From Eledone cirrhosa (taxonomy: Eukaryota), in assembly GCA_964016885.1 (NCBI GenBank), contig OZ024747.1:13640001-13704000 (forward strand): 64,000 nt of DNA, given 5' to 3'. This document shows positions 27,380 through 42,563 of this stretch, one piece after another. The notes below the pieces were generated by a model that worked only from the letters and a program-made list of their open reading frames with translations, ran no database searches and had not been told where the DNA came from. Position 1 is the first letter of the stretch. The number at the start of each line of letters is the position of its first letter. The translations under genes and the position numbers were made by a program.

Positions 27380-29562
27380 ATGTATGTATATGTATGTATT
27401 TATATATCAGCATGTGTGTCTATGTATTTATATATCAGCATGTGTGTCTATGTATTTATATATAAGTATGTATTAATATATATGTATGTGTATGTATGTA
27501 TTTATATATAAGTATGTGTATGTATGTATTTATATATATGTATGTGTATGTATGTATTTATATATATGTATGTGTATGTATGTATTTATATATATGTATG
27601 TGTATGTATGTATGTATTTATATATATGTATGTGTATGTATGTATGTATTTATATATATGTATGTGTATGTATGTATTTATATATATGTATGTGTATGTA
27701 TGTATTTATATATATGTATGTGTATGTATGTATTTATATATATCTATGTGTATGTATTTATATATAAGTATGTGTATGTATGTATTTATATATAAGTATG
27801 TGTATGTATGTATTTATATATATATATGTGTGTATGTATGTATTTATATATAAGTATGTGTATGTATGTATTTATATATAAGTATGTGTATGTATGTATT
27901 TATATATATGTATGTGTATGTATGTATTTATATATATGTATGTGTATGTATGTATTTATATATATGTATGTGTATGTATGTATTTATATATATGTATGTG
28001 TATGTATGTATTTATATATATGTATGTGTATGTATGTATTTATATATATCTATGTGTATGTATTTATATATAAGTATGTGTATGTATGTATTTATATATA
28101 AGTATGTGTATGTATGTATTTATATATATATATGTGTGTATGTATGTATTTATATATAAGTATGTGTATGTATGTATTTATATATAAGTATGTGTATGTA
28201 TGTATTTATATATATGTATGTGTATGTATGTATTTATATATATGTATGTGTATGTATGTATTTATATATAAGTATGTGTATGTATGTATTTATATATAAG
28301 TATGTGTATGTATGTATTTATATATATATGTGTGTATGTATGTATTTATATATATGTATGTGTATGTATGTATTTATATATATCTATGTGTATGTATGTA
28401 TTTATATATATGTATGTGTATGTATGTATTTATATATATATGTATGTGTATGTATGTATTTATATATAAGTATGTGTATGTATGTATTTATATATATATA
28501 TGTGTGTATGTATGTATTTATATATAAGTATGTGTATGTATGTATTTATATATATATATGTGTATGTATGTATTTATATATATGTGTATGTATGTATTTA
28601 TATATATGTATGTGTGTCTATGTATTTATATATATGTATGTGTATGTATGTATGTATTTATATATATGTATGTGTATGTATGTATGTATTTATATATATG
28701 TATGTGTATGTATGTATTTATATATATGTATGTGTATGTATGTATTTATATATATATATATGTGTATGTATGTATTTATATATATGTATGTGTATGTATG
28801 TATTTATATATAAGTATGTGTATGTATGTATTTATATATAAGTATGTGTATGTATGTATTTATATATATATATGTTTGTATGTATGTATTTATATATATG
28901 TATGTGTATGTATGTATTTATATATATATGTATGTGTATGTATGTATTTATATATAAGTATGTGTATGTATGTATTTATATATAAGTATGTGTATGTATG
29001 TATTTATATATATATATGTGTGTATGTATGTATTTATATATAAGTATGTGTATGTATGTATTTATATATAAGTATGTGTATGTATGTATATATATGTATG
29101 TGTATGTATGTATGTATTTATATATATGTATGTGTATGTATGTATGTATGTATTTATATATATGTATGTGTATGTATGTATTTATATATATGTATTTGTA
29201 TGTATGTATTTATATATATGTATGTGTATGTATGTATTTATATATATATGTATGTGTATGTATGTATTTATATATAAGTATGTGTATGTATGTATTTATA
29301 TATAAGTATGTGTATGTATGTATTTATATATATATATGTGTGTATGTATGTATTTATATATAAGTATGTGTATGTATGTATTTATATATATGTATGTGTA
29401 TGTATGTATTTATATATATGTATTTGTATGTATGTATTTATATATATGTATGTGTATGTATGTATTTATATATATAAGTATGTGTATGTATGTATTTATA
29501 TATAAGTATGTGTATGTATGTATTTATATATATGTATGTGTATGTATGTATTTATATATAAG
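27380..29562. repeat. ~28-32-bp TATG/TA minisatellite
   Basis: Unit TATTTATATATA(A/T)GTATGTGTATGTATG. Confidence 0.95.
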
Positions 29563-29692
29563 TAGATGAAATGACAGATTGATATGCAGATAGAGATATT
29601 CTACACATCATCATCATCATCATCATCATCATCGCCATCATTATCATCATCTTCTTCACCATCATCATCGCCATCATCATTATTGCCGTTGC

Positions 29693-29726
<34 letters not shown>

Positions 29727-29865
29727 ATCATCATCATCATCATTATCTTCATCATCACTATCCCCATCATCATCATCACTATCCCCATCATCATCATCAT
29801 CATCATCATCTTTATCATCGCTACCATCATCATCATCATCATCACTATTGCCATCATCACTATCC

Positions 29866-29900
<35 letters not shown>

Positions 29901-29994
29901 TTCATCATCATCATCATCATCTTCATCATCGCTACCATCATCATCATCATCATCACTATCCCCATCATCATCATCATCATTATCATCATCATCA

Positions 29995-31590
29995 TCATTA
30001 TCCTTCTTATGTCTATTTTTCTATGCTTGCATGGGTTGGATGAATTTGTTTTTTTTTCCAGCTCTCTCTACTGAATGCAGTCCTTCATAATCTCCTCTTT
30101 GAGGTTCAGTGTCTTGGGATCTGCTTTCACCATCTCTGCCCAGAAGACCTTTCATCTTTCTCTACTACAGCTTCTTCCCACTTAGAATTCTGGGCACTTC
30201 TTCACCTAACGTTCAACATCCATATGCATCACATGGCCATAACAGTGCAATTTCCTTTCATACACAGTATATTTGATTTCTTTCATAGACAGTTTCTCTC
30301 TCAGCTTATCCATGCTTTGCCATTCATGCACATAAACATTACACATCCATCGAAGTATTCTTGTCGTATTTCTCTCAAGCTTCTGCATATTCTCTATATT
30401 TATTGGCCATGTTTTCCTTCCATGGAACATCACATTTTTCACACATGCATCATATAGCCATTTGTTATATGGTCAGAGACAGAAACTCTATTATATCAAT
30501 AGAGGTAGTATCTCTCTGAACTTTTGCCATTCTGTTCTTATTCTTGCTACTCTACTTTCAGGGCAACCTCCTCAACTGTTAAGTCATCTCAGTAGCAGAA
30601 AATATCTACTACTTCTATGTAGCCTTCCTGGGATTGGACAATGTTTATTTCACTGATACTCTTACAACAAACTAATCCTCTGCATCCTCCATATACAAAG
30701 CCTACCTTTTCTGTTAGTCTGCCAACAATTCCACTACACCTCTTGTGTACCCATGTTTTATATTGTGTATATTATATAGAGTTCCAACCCATTCATTTCC
30801 TACATATTGTGCAAGGCCACTTCTCTGAAGGAAGTGGAATCCTGACTTTCTTCGTACTTATGAAAACATCAGTCTTTACTAAGTTTATTCTGAGCCCTTT
30901 TAATTCTAAATTCCGTTTCCATAGTAGAAATTTCTTCTTGAACTCTATCACTGATTTAGCTATAAGAACCAAGTTGTAAGCATACAGAAGTTCCCATGGG
31001 AAGCCAGTCTTAATCTCCTCTGTTATGTCTCATCCTCGGACCCTATACTGCTGAGTTCCTCCATAAAAATGGATCATCAACAGCCCACCTGAGGAAGGAA
31101 CTCCACGAGGTGGGGTGGGTGTCCGTGGAAATGCTTTTACAGTTTTGTCCACAGGGCGCAGCTCATCACCCTCTCCCTCCCCCTTTCTTCTGTGGCCTCA
31201 TAGTTCTTGCATTTTTCCTCCTTTTCCTCTCATTTATGGCATTTATAGCCTTTTCTCCTACTTTCCTATACAGTCAGATCTGCCTTTCTTTACCCCTTCC
31301 CCACTCTGTTTGTTGCAGAGTTTCGTTTTTATTCTATTTCCATCAATATTTGCAATGCTGTTCATACAACTGTGAATTGATTTATTGTCTGTAATTCTAT
31401 TAAAATATAAAACACCTACTTGAACACTAAACTCGTTACCTACTCTCATTTTGTTGACAGCACCTCTGTACATGGCTTGCACTGCTATCACAAGCCATTC
31501 TTTTACATCTTGTTTCCTTATGGACAACCAGATGACAGATCATGGTACACTGTCCATGACCTTCTCTAAGTTCAGAAAAACTAAATATCA
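29995..31590 (-). mobile_element. Degenerate RTE LINE interrupted by an unrelated insert at ~31027-31412
   Basis: Fragments EWLVIAVQAMYRG, LERNTTRILRWMCNV, RKLHCYGHVM; (CAT)n tail at 29600-30000. Confidence 0.85.
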
Positions 31591-31859
31591 AAGGCATCCA
31601 GCTGTAGAAAACGTGGTAAACAAAGGGTTAGAAGGACCCGTCAGATGTTTCAAAGACATGACTGCCTCTCTAGTGCTGGCGTCATGATAAAATTCACTCA
31701 TAAAGCGTGGGATCGTATGTAGGTGAGATGTGGGCCCCCCAGCCCTTCTGAAGGGTTAGTAACCCTGCTTGAGTACTAACTCAGCCTGTGAAGACCCATC
31801 CAACCCTTGCTAGCAGGGAAATTGAGCATTAAATGATGATGATGATGATATATAAGATG

Positions 31860-32103
31860 GATAAACTGTAGTGTGCGGGAGAGAAGACTACATTGGTATG
31901 GCTATGTGATGCCCATGGAAGATGACCACTGGGTGAAGAAGTGCCAAGAAATCCTGGTGGAAAGAAGACGCAGTAGAGGAAGACCACGAAAAACATGGGA
32001 GATGATGAAAGATCATGACGAATGGAGAGATGCTGTGCTGAAAAGGACCCATCCTACCCTTGCAAGCAAGGAAAAGCAGACATAAAATGATGATGATGAT
32101 GAT
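31860..32103 (+). mobile_element. RTE LINE 3' fragment
   Basis: RERRLHWYGYVM..SRGRPRKTW..EWRDAVLK followed by an (ATG)n tail. Confidence 0.85.
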
Positions 32104-34426
32104 ATATATATATATGTGTGTATGTATATATATATGTATAAAGTGAGAGAGAGAGATGTATACACATACACAAACTTGTTGTAAATACCTGTTGAAGTAG
32201 AATTTTTATAATCTTTAATATACAAGAAAACACTATTGAGTATGTACTTATTAAGAGTGGTATCAGTGTGTGTATGGTGGTTATAAATGTGTGAATAAAA
32301 GCAACATAAATAACAGGCTAACAATGAGACGGTCATGAAGTCGTGATAATAAACTACATATGTGTAGTTAGTTACAGGAAAAGAAATTGAATGAAAAATG
32401 GAAAATAGAAAAATCTTTTACACAAAATATCACGAGTTCATTGCATCTTTGCTTGCTAGAAATGTGTAAAAATAAATTACTTAGAGATGCCGTCTGCACG
32501 AAAAACACTAGTTAAGTTAATATTGACATTCAAGCTGAAATCTAAACCATTAAACATGAATTTAAAATTGAACTGATAAACAAAATTTATTTTATTTTAT
32601 TTTCATAGAGTCCAAATTTTAATTGTAGATTGCCCCAACCATTTTATAAAATCATTTCCAATTTTGTATTATGAAATTTGAAATTGCTTGTTTATTTCTA
32701 AATTACTACATGAACTGTTAAATAATTATGTTGTGCAAAAATATTTCATATTATTAAAACATGTTTTTTATTTGGTTTTTGTCTTAGTAAGTATTTTGTG
32801 GGCTTTTTTTAAATATTTAATTATTGGCTGCACTAATGTAGTGATTCACAATAAAGGTATTATATGAACCTATATACAATGTCATCATCATCGTCATCAT
32901 CTTCACTGTTTAACATCTATTTTTTCCATGCGGGCATGGGTTAGACAGGTTGTCCATATTATGAGACAAGTCTGGCCAGTTGGTTGTGCCGTACCTTGCC
33001 CAAACAGAACTGTATTTTGGCTGTTTTTTTTGTATATGAAGGCATAAATACATAAGTCTCACTGTAAATGTTTTGAGCTATGATATGGTTCAATCGCCAT
33101 GTGAGTATGCCAGACACTAGGTTTTCACAGTTTTTTAATCCATCAACAATAACATTTATTCACACAGTACTGAGACAAGAATAAGCTACATCTTATATTC
33201 TTTTTCCATATTAAACATCTGCTAGAGAAGTTCATTTGTATATAGACTGTGCTTGACTTGACTGGGATTAATTATCACTAACACTGATAATATAGCATGA
33301 TTCATAACAGAGGTGAATATATGTAGACATATACGATAAGTATTGGGATGTCGCTTAGTGGTTAAGGTAGCCAACTTATAATCACATGATCAGGAGTTTG
33401 ATTTCCGGCAGTTTGTTGTATTAGACTTGAAAAAAATAGATATTGGTGTCCTTATGGCCGATTATAAACTTTCAATGTGGTGCCCCAGCATGGTCGCAGT
33501 CTAATGACTGAAACTGGTAGAGGAATGAAAGAACATATAAAATACACATTTAGAGACAAACCTTCACATACAGTTGCTTTTAAGTAATGATTTCTTAGTG
33601 TGTTCAAAGGTTTCAAGATTTCCATATTGGAAAAAAAAAATTTAAAGACAAACAAAAACAAAAAAAAACCTCTTACCTAATTTAAATACACACCTATAAC
33701 CCCATTCAAGTTCCTTTCTACCCTGTACCCCTGTCATTATATTATTCCTGCTGGAATATGTTTATGCTTCTGGCTTCTAAACTTCACAGGTTTTTTATAT
33801 TCAGACATATCTGTGGAGAATAATCATTTTTTGATTACTGATGTGAACAAGCCTTTGTTTTGGTATTTTTGGGGTTTAGTTTTATGATTGTTTTTATTTC
33901 GTTATAGTTATTGTTGTTGTTGTTGTTGTTGTTGTTGTTTTTGTAATAATTGGTTTGAGTGTGAAGTTCTTCACTGTAAAATAACTGTTAGAAAGGTTAT
34001 TACTGTTGTTGTTGTTGTTGTTTTTATTGCTGCTGTTGCTGATGTTGTTGTTGTTATCTGAAAAATGTTTGATTTGTAGCATTTGTTTCAGATCTTTATG
34101 CTCTGAGCTCAAATCTTTATGTGGTCTAATTTTCCTTTCATTCTTCCAGGGTCCATAAAATAAAATACCAGTGAAGTACTGGGGTCAATGTAATTGATTA
34201 ATCCCTCCCTCCAAATTACTGGCTTTGTTCCTGAATTAGAACCTATAAGTAAGGAAGGCAACCCATCTAGGAGAACAGTCACTCTGAATAAAAAATAAAA
34301 AAGCCACCAAAATACAATGAGGAATATTTACAATAGTTCTATATATGTGTTTGTACTGCACTACCAGATATAGAATATATGCTGCACTATATTATTATAT
34401 ATTTGGTGGAAATCTCCTCCCATCAT

Positions 34427-34853
34427 TTAACCCATTACATTACTCTATATATACTATTGTATTTACATGGTAAATACTTTATTTCATATAATTATCTCAC
34501 ATAATATCGAATCTATGAAATTTTGATATTATTTATTTTGAGAACGAGGCGGTGGATTGGCAGTATTGGTAGAGTGTCGGATGCCATGCTTTGGCGCATA
34601 GAGTTACGGCCCTTGCCATTCTGAGTTCAAATCCCGCCGAGGTTAACTTTGCCTTTCATCCTTACGGGGTCGATAAAATAAAGTACCAGTAATACACTGG
34701 GTAATTGCTGGCCTTGTGCCTAACGTAGAAACAATTATTTATTTTGAGAACAATACCTTAACATAAGTATGAGCAGCCAATATGGCTGGTTTGAACAGAA
34801 AGAGGTGAGAGAATTCTAGCTGGATACAGCCAGTTTAAATGCTAAAGGGTTGA
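34427..34853. mobile_element. piggyBac-type MITE (TTAA-CCC..GGG-TT(A/G)A) carrying a SINE
   Basis: Homologous ~220-240-bp bodies at 1-355, 39626-39845 and, inverted, 55253-55457; ends resemble TAAATGCTAAAGGGTTAA. Confidence 0.7.
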
Positions 34854-34923
34854 TTTTGATCCTGCAAATTAATCTTACATTACTATATTTCAAATGAAAG
34901 ACACTACTATTGTATGTTAACTA

Positions 34924-35075
34924 CCGTATTTCCCATCGTTGAAGACACTACTTTTCCCTTAAAATAAGTCTCAAAAATCTACCATGCATCCTGGAGGCTG
35001 AAGATTGTTTATTATTTTTTTTCAAATTTTTGGTTGTCAAAATTAAGGTGCATCCTCGAGGACCGGGAAATAAGG
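34924..35075. mobile_element. Tc1/mariner-superfamily MITE
   Basis: TA-CCGTATTTCCC ... GGGAAATAAGG-TA terminal inverted repeats with TA flanks. Confidence 0.7.
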
Positions 35076-36324
35076 TAATTTTGAAAATAATCAAGTATTT
35101 CTTATTGATAAGAGAGTCTTTTGAACATAAATTAACAAATATGCTTACTTACAACTATGATGTAATGTTTTTAGATAAATATACATGTACAGACCTGTAA
35201 ATTTTGGTGAAGATGTAGGGGCACCATAGTGACATATAACGTTTCTTGGGTATTTTCAACAGTGTGGAGCCTTTCCCTTTCAAAATCTGAAAAACAGCCA
35301 ACTTCTTCCAGAGAAGGAGAGAGAGAGAGAATGATACAGAGGAAGTGAGAAAGAGAAATAGAAGAAGAAACGATCTCTTCACTGGACTGGTACTTTATTT
35401 ATCAATCTCAAAGAATGAAAGTCAAAGTGAACCTCTGCGGAATTTGAACGTGGAGTGCAAAGAGATGGAACAAATGCCACAAAGCCTTTTACCTGGCTTT
35501 CTAACAACTTTGCTAATTTCCTGCCTAATTTAGGAAACTATAAATAATTGTTTCTACTTTTGGCACAAGGCCAGCAATTATCCCAGTACATTACTGGTAC
35601 TTTATTTTATCGACCCCGTAAGGATGAAAGGCAAAGTTAACTTCGGCAGGATTTGAACTCAAACCGTAAAGGGCCATAACTCTATGCTGCAAAGCATGGC
35701 GTTCAGCCTTCTGCCGATTCTGCCAATCCACCATATAAATAATTGTTTCTACTTTTGGCAGAAGGACAGCAATTATCCCAGCACATAACTGGTACTTTAT
35801 TTTATCGACCCCATAAGGATGAAAGTCAAAGTTAACCTCGGCAGGATTTGAACTATAAAGGGCCATAACTCTATGCTGCAAAGCATGGCATCCGACCCTC
35901 TACCGATTCTGCTAATCCAATAATGTCAAACAAACAGTTCCATATTATAGAATCAAGTGCTGTTTCAGGCAGTTTCGTATCAAAAGGGTTAAAAAGCCAC
36001 CCTGAAATATCATGATAACATGTTATAATATCTTTCATTATTTGTTTGCCCTCACAAGAATATTATAACCTGTTTAGCATCAAATTATTGTACTTTGACC
36101 TTCCATACTTAAATATGCCATCACATTACTGCTTAAGAAATGGCATAGCATTATACTTTGACCTTCCATACTAAATATACCATCAAGCTGATGCTTGTGA
36201 AAATGGTATCATATGGTGGTATGGTGGTATGGTGATATGGAGGTATGGAGGTATGGCAGTAGGGTATGTTGTGTGTCTTTTCATTACCTTTAAAACCACT
36301 TCAAAAAGAGAGCTATCTCCTTTC

Positions 36325-36559
36325 ATCTCCACCACCACCACCACCACCACTACCACCGACACCGGCACCACCACCACCACCACCACCACAACAACAGCCA
36401 CTTCTGCAATCTACAGCAACCGTATCCATCATCACCACCACCACCACCACCACCACCACAACAACAACTACAACAGCAACAACAACAACAGCATCTACAA
36501 CAACAGCCACTGCTACAATCTACAACATCCTTATCCATCACCATCACCACCAGCACACC

Positions 36560-36590
<31 letters not shown>

Positions 36591-36713
36591 CCAGCACCAC
36601 CACCACTACAACAACAACTACAACAACTACAACAACAGCCACTGCTACAATCTACAACATCCTTATCCATCACCACCAGCACCATCACCACCACCAACAC
36701 CAGCACCACCACT

Positions 36714-36747
<34 letters not shown>

Positions 36748-37700
36748 CTACAACAACAACAACAGCAGCATCAGCAGTATCAACTACAACAGCCACTACC
36801 ACAACCTACAGCAACCTTATCCATCATCACCACCACCAACACCATCACCTCCACTACAAAAACAACAACAACAACTACAACTGCATTGACGACAACAACT
36901 ACAACAACAACAAAAATAGCAGCCACCACCACCACCACCACCACCACTACCATTACCACCACCACCACCATCATCTCCACCAACATTATCCACCACCACC
37001 ACCACCACCACCACCACTACCACCACCACCACCACCACTACCATTACCACCACCACCACCACCATCTCCACCAACATTATCCACCACCACCACCACCACT
37101 ACCACCACCACCACCACCACCACCGCCACCACCACTACCACCACCAGCACCAACACCATCATCTCCACCACCACCACCACCACCACCACCACCACCACTA
37201 CCACCACCACCACCACCACCATCTCCACCAACATTATCCACCACCACCACCACTACCACCACCAGCACCAACACCATCATCTCCACCACCACTACCACCA
37301 CCACCACCACCACCACCACTACCACCACCACCACCACCACCATCTCCACCAACATTATCCACCACCACCACCACTACCACCACCAGCACCAACACCATCA
37401 TCTCCACCACCACCACCACCACCTCCACCACCACTACTACCACCACCACCACCACCACCGCCACCACCACTACCACCACCAGCACCAACACCATCATCTC
37501 CACCACCACCACCACCACCACCACCACCACCACCATCACCACCACTACCACCACCACCACCACCACCATCTCCACCAACATTATCCACCACCACCACCAC
37601 TACCACCACCAGCACCAACACCATCATCTCCACCACCACCACCACCACCTCCACCACCACTACCACCACCACCACCACCACCACCACCACCAACATCTCC
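36325..37700. repeat. (CAC)n/(CAA)n tract with recurring CATCTCCACCAACATTATC block
   Basis: Direct inspection; similar trinucleotide tracts at 41855-42305, 44285-44905, 61285-61690. Confidence 0.93.
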
Positions 37701-38248
37701 ATACCTCTTCCTACAAGTGGACTGTGTCAGCTTTTGACATTTCTTACCTTTTATATTTCCATAGTGAAAAATCCAACAAAGAAATAGTTCTGAAAGAGAA
37801 GTGGTGGTGGGGAGTAGTAGATAATGGTAAGGTGAGAGACAGCAGGGGCTGGGGTAAGAGTCTCCTCCCTCCACACACACACACACCACTGCCCCTTAGC
37901 CATGTTAGAAACAGACTGTGAGAAGGAGAGAGAGTAAGTTGGTCTTGTCTCTTCAAGACTTTTAATGGAAATATTTAATCTTAATCTATAAGCTTCTCTT
38001 TGTCTTTGACAAACAATAAAAATAGAAAAAGTGTGTGTGTTTGTGTTGTTGTGATTGTGATTGTGTGTTTGTGTGTGTGTGTGTGCTTGTTTCCTGCCCA
38101 CATTGTTTGTCTCTCCTTATATATATATATATATATATAAAACATATACGCATATGTATCTGTATAAGTATACATACATATATTTATATATAAACATACA
38201 CACACATATATATATATATATACCTATGTGTATGTGTATGTGCATATA

Positions 38249-38334
<86 letters not shown>

Positions 38335-38376
38335 TATGCTAGCGTGGAAGATAGACGTTAAACGATGATGATGATG

Positions 38377-38408
<32 letters not shown>

Positions 38409-38624
38409 GTGCACACAGAGATGTACACACACACAAGCAAATATATATTTATGACAAAAGCAGTAGAGCATTGAACTAAATCCATTATATTCTTTAGTCT
38501 TTTCTCTCTCTACAACCATCCTACATTCAATTGCCATTGGGTTTATCTTTGTGCTTTCATTTTTCTGTGGTCAATAATAAAAATAGTAGTAAGATGGAAC
38601 ATAAGAATGGTTAGCCAGCCAACC

Positions 38625-39445
38625 TAAACTAGTCATAACCTACCACTATTAGTATCTATTTACTAAACCTGACCAGAACTTATTGCTACTAGTATCCACC
38701 TACTAAAACTGACCATAACTTATTGCTACTAGTATCCACTTACTAAAACTGACTATAACCTAACACTACTAATATCTACCAACTAAAACTGACCATAAAC
38801 TACCGTTTCTAGTATCCACCTACTAAAACTAACCATAAACTACCGTTTCTAGTATCCTCCTACTAAAACTGACCATAACTTATTGCTACCAGTATCTATC
38901 TACTAAAACTGACCATAACCTACCATTACTAGTATCTACCTACTAAAACTGACCATAACCTACCATTTCTAGTATCCACCTACTAAAACTGACCATAACT
39001 TATTGCTACCAGTATCTATCTACTAAACTGACTATAACCTAACACTACTAATATCTACCAACTAAAACTGACCATAACCTACCATTTCTAGTATCCACCT
39101 ACTAAAACTGACCATAACTTATTGCTACCAGTATCTATCTACTAAAACTGTCTATAACCTAACACTACTAATATCTACCAAACTAAAACTGACCATAAAC
39201 TACCATTTCTAGTATCCACCTACTAAAACTGACCATAACTTATTGCTACCAGTATCTATCTACTAAAACTGACTATAACCTAACACTACTAATATCTACC
39301 AACTAAAACTGACCATAAACTACCGTTTCTAGTATCAACCTACGAAAACTGACTATAACTTATTGCTACCAGTATCTATCTACTAAAACTGACCATAACC
39401 TACCATTACTAGTATCTACCTACTAAAACTGACCATAACCTACCA
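38625..39445. repeat. 40-bp minisatellite, about 20 units
   Basis: Unit TACTAAAACTGACCATAACCTACCATTTCTAGTATCCACC with three recurring variants. Confidence 0.93.
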
Positions 39446-41091
39446 GATCAACAAAGGTCAGCCGTTATTCAAAGGAAAGGCAGTAGTCAAAACAGTTTAG
39501 CACCAGTATTGTTGCCGTTGCCAGAACAAAGATGAAAAGGTCATCAAACTACCTAAGGGACTCCAGCTTTAAATTTGTCCTCCATTTTCTTGTGATTAAA
39601 AGGTTGATTCCAGGAAAGGCATTTGGCCTTTAGTATTCACATTACTCTATAATATACTATTATATTTTCATGGTAAAGGCTTTACCTCGCATAATTATCT
39701 CACATAATATCGAATCTATGAGATTTTGAAAGTATTTATTTTGAGAATAATACCTTCAGTTTGAGCGACCAGTTACAGCCAGTTTCAACAGAAAGAGGTA
39801 GAGAATTCTAGCCGGTTTTGGGTGGTTTGAACATTAAAGGGTTAAAACATCACCTCAAAGAGGACACCATGACCACATTTTTTGGCATATTTTTAGCCTT
39901 TATTATATATTTATTTATTTATTAGTAGGGCGGTGGATTGGCAGTATCGGTAGAGAGTCAGACACCATGCTTTGCAGCATAGAGTTACGGTCTTTTACAG
40001 TCTGAGTTCAAATCCTGCTGAGGTTAACTTTGCCTTTCATCCTTACGGGTCGATAAAATAAAGCACCAGTAATGTACTGGGGTCGATTGAATTGACTTTC
40101 CCCTTTCCCCAAATTACTGGCCTTGTGCCTATACTAGAAATCATTATATATTTATTTATTAGTGATAACGCTAACACAATGTGATTCACAATAAAGGTGT
40201 ATATGAACCCATATACAATATGTTAACATATAATTGTTTCTACTTTTGGCACGAGGCCAGCAAATACCCAGTGCATTACTGGTACTTTATTTTATCGACC
40301 CCGTAAGGATGAAAGGCAAAGTTAACCTCGACGGGATTTGAACTCATACCGTAAAGGGACGTAACTATGCTGGAAAAACTGGCGTCCGATATTGTATGTT
40401 AACATATAATTGTTTCTACTTTAGGCACAAGGCCAGCAATTACCCAGTGCATTACTGGTACTTTATTTTATCGACCCCGTAAGGATGAAAGGCAAAGTCA
40501 ACCTCGGCGGGATTTGAACTCAGATCATAAAGGGACGTAACTATGCTGAAAGCATGGCGTCCGACCCTCTACCGATACTGCCAATCCACCGAATGTTAAC
40601 ATATTATATGTTAACATATAATGAACATACATTTAGTCTTGTGATTTCTTGTATCTCTGTAAGTCATAAGAGACAACAAAAAGTTTGGGTTTGGTACTAG
40701 GAAATTTGCATGTATCTGTAAAACAATGTCTCAAAAAGGACCCATGTGGAGTATGGACCCATGTCTGTAATGGGACCTGCATTACTAACTCCTATTTTTA
40801 CCAGGGACCAAGCTGAAATTGCCCTGGATTTATGATCCCAAACTGTTCCTTTTAAAATGTTCATACTTATTCTAAAACCTTCCATCATAATTGTATTTTA
40901 GAAATTTTTGTTAAGTAATGTTTTAAATATCATCTAACACATTTGATACCAACCAACCTGAAACTGCTTTGGATTTATGATATAAAATGTCAATTTTAAA
41001 ATGTTTATCTTTATACTAAACCTTCCATCATAATTCTATTTTAGAAACATTTGTAATGTTATAAATATCAGCTTATTAATGTAAAACTTAG

Positions 41092-41825
41092 CTCTCACCA
41101 CTTCCATCCAGATTTTTCTTGGCCTTCCTCGACTGCAGATTCCTTTTACTGGGATTACTTGGCACATCTTCACTCACCGATCATCATCCATGTGCATCTC
41201 ATGTCGATACCAACACAATCTCCTCTCCTGCACACTACTTCTGATTTCTCTCATACCCAGTTTCTCTCTCAGTTCATCTATGCTTTGTTATTCTCGCACA
41301 TTATCATTGCACATCCATCGAAGCATGCTTGCCTCATTTCTCTCCAGCCCCCACAAGACCTCTACTTTCACTGCCCTTGTCTCACTACCATGCAACATGG
41401 CACTTTGCACACAGGTGTCGTACAACTGACCTTTCATTCATAGGGAGAAGGCTTTTATTATTAGCAGGGGGTTGGCGGTACCAGTAGAGCATTGAACAAC
41501 ATGCTTTGCAGCATAGAGTTACGGGACTTACATTGTGAGTTCAAATCCCACCAAGGTTAGCTTTGCCTTTCAGCCTTTCGGGGTCAATAAAATAAAGCAC
41601 CAGTAATACACTGAGGTTGATTTAATCGACTTTCCCCTCCTCTTCAAATTTCTGGCCTTGTGCCTAAAGTAGAAACAATTATTTGCAGGGGTAGCAACTC
41701 CCTAAACTTCTTCCAACCTGTCCTTACACTAGCTATTATGCTCTCCAAGAACCCTGCTTCATTGTTAATTATATCACCTAGGTAGCAGATACTATCAACT
41801 ACTTTTATGGCTCCTTCCTGGGATT
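41092..41825 (-). mobile_element. RTE LINE fragment split by a SINE (41471-41684)
   Basis: [30 protein letters not shown]; GCAGGGG duplicated at 41464-41470 and 41685-41691. Confidence 0.82.
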
Positions 41826-42563
41826 GGTAATAGTTTATAGTATTTATTTTATTACTAGCACTAACAACACCAACAACAACAACAACGCTAACACTAATAG
41901 CAACAACAGCAACACTAACAATAACATCGCCAACACTAACAACAACATCAACAATACTAACAACTGCAACAGCAACACTAACAAAAACAACAATATAAAC
42001 AGCCTGAGCAACATTAACAACAACAACAGTAACACTAACACCAACAACAACAGCAACACTAACAACATCAGCAACAACAACAACAACATCAACAGTAACA
42101 ACATCAACAGTCACAACAACATCAACAGTAACAACAACAGCAACAGTAACAACAACATCAACAGTAACAACAACAGCAACAGTAACAACAACAGCAACAA
42201 CAACAAAATGACAACCACAGCATCCATCAGCAATGCTAACAACAACAGCAACAATAATAATAATAACATTGACATTAGTAACAATGACAACAGCATCAGC
42301 AACAAGAAGAAGAAAAATATGGGGGGGGGGGGGCAGGATGCTTTGATGAACTTGCAATTGGCAAATGCTGCATTCTTCCAGCTTATTGATTCCTTAAATG
42401 AAGAGATCCGTTCATGCTTGCATGACATTGTTCTGTATTATTCACTCAACCATGAAGTAAACAAAAATAAAATCCCTGCCAAAATCACCTCTGACCGTTC
42501 TTTCTATCTCCAGTTTTCTTTCTACTCCAAACTAAACATGATATCAGAATGTTGCTGCATATT

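Noticed and set aside
31083-31135. CTGAGGA..GAAA hammerhead candidate in the insert within the RTE
   Set aside because: Stem II does not abut GAAA and there is no stem I or III; more likely a retroelement 3' UTR fragment.
32825-40220. Shared GTGATTCACAATAAAGG..TATATGAACC segment at about 32840 and 40180
   Set aside because: Short diverged dispersed-repeat fragment with no termini or structure to classify.
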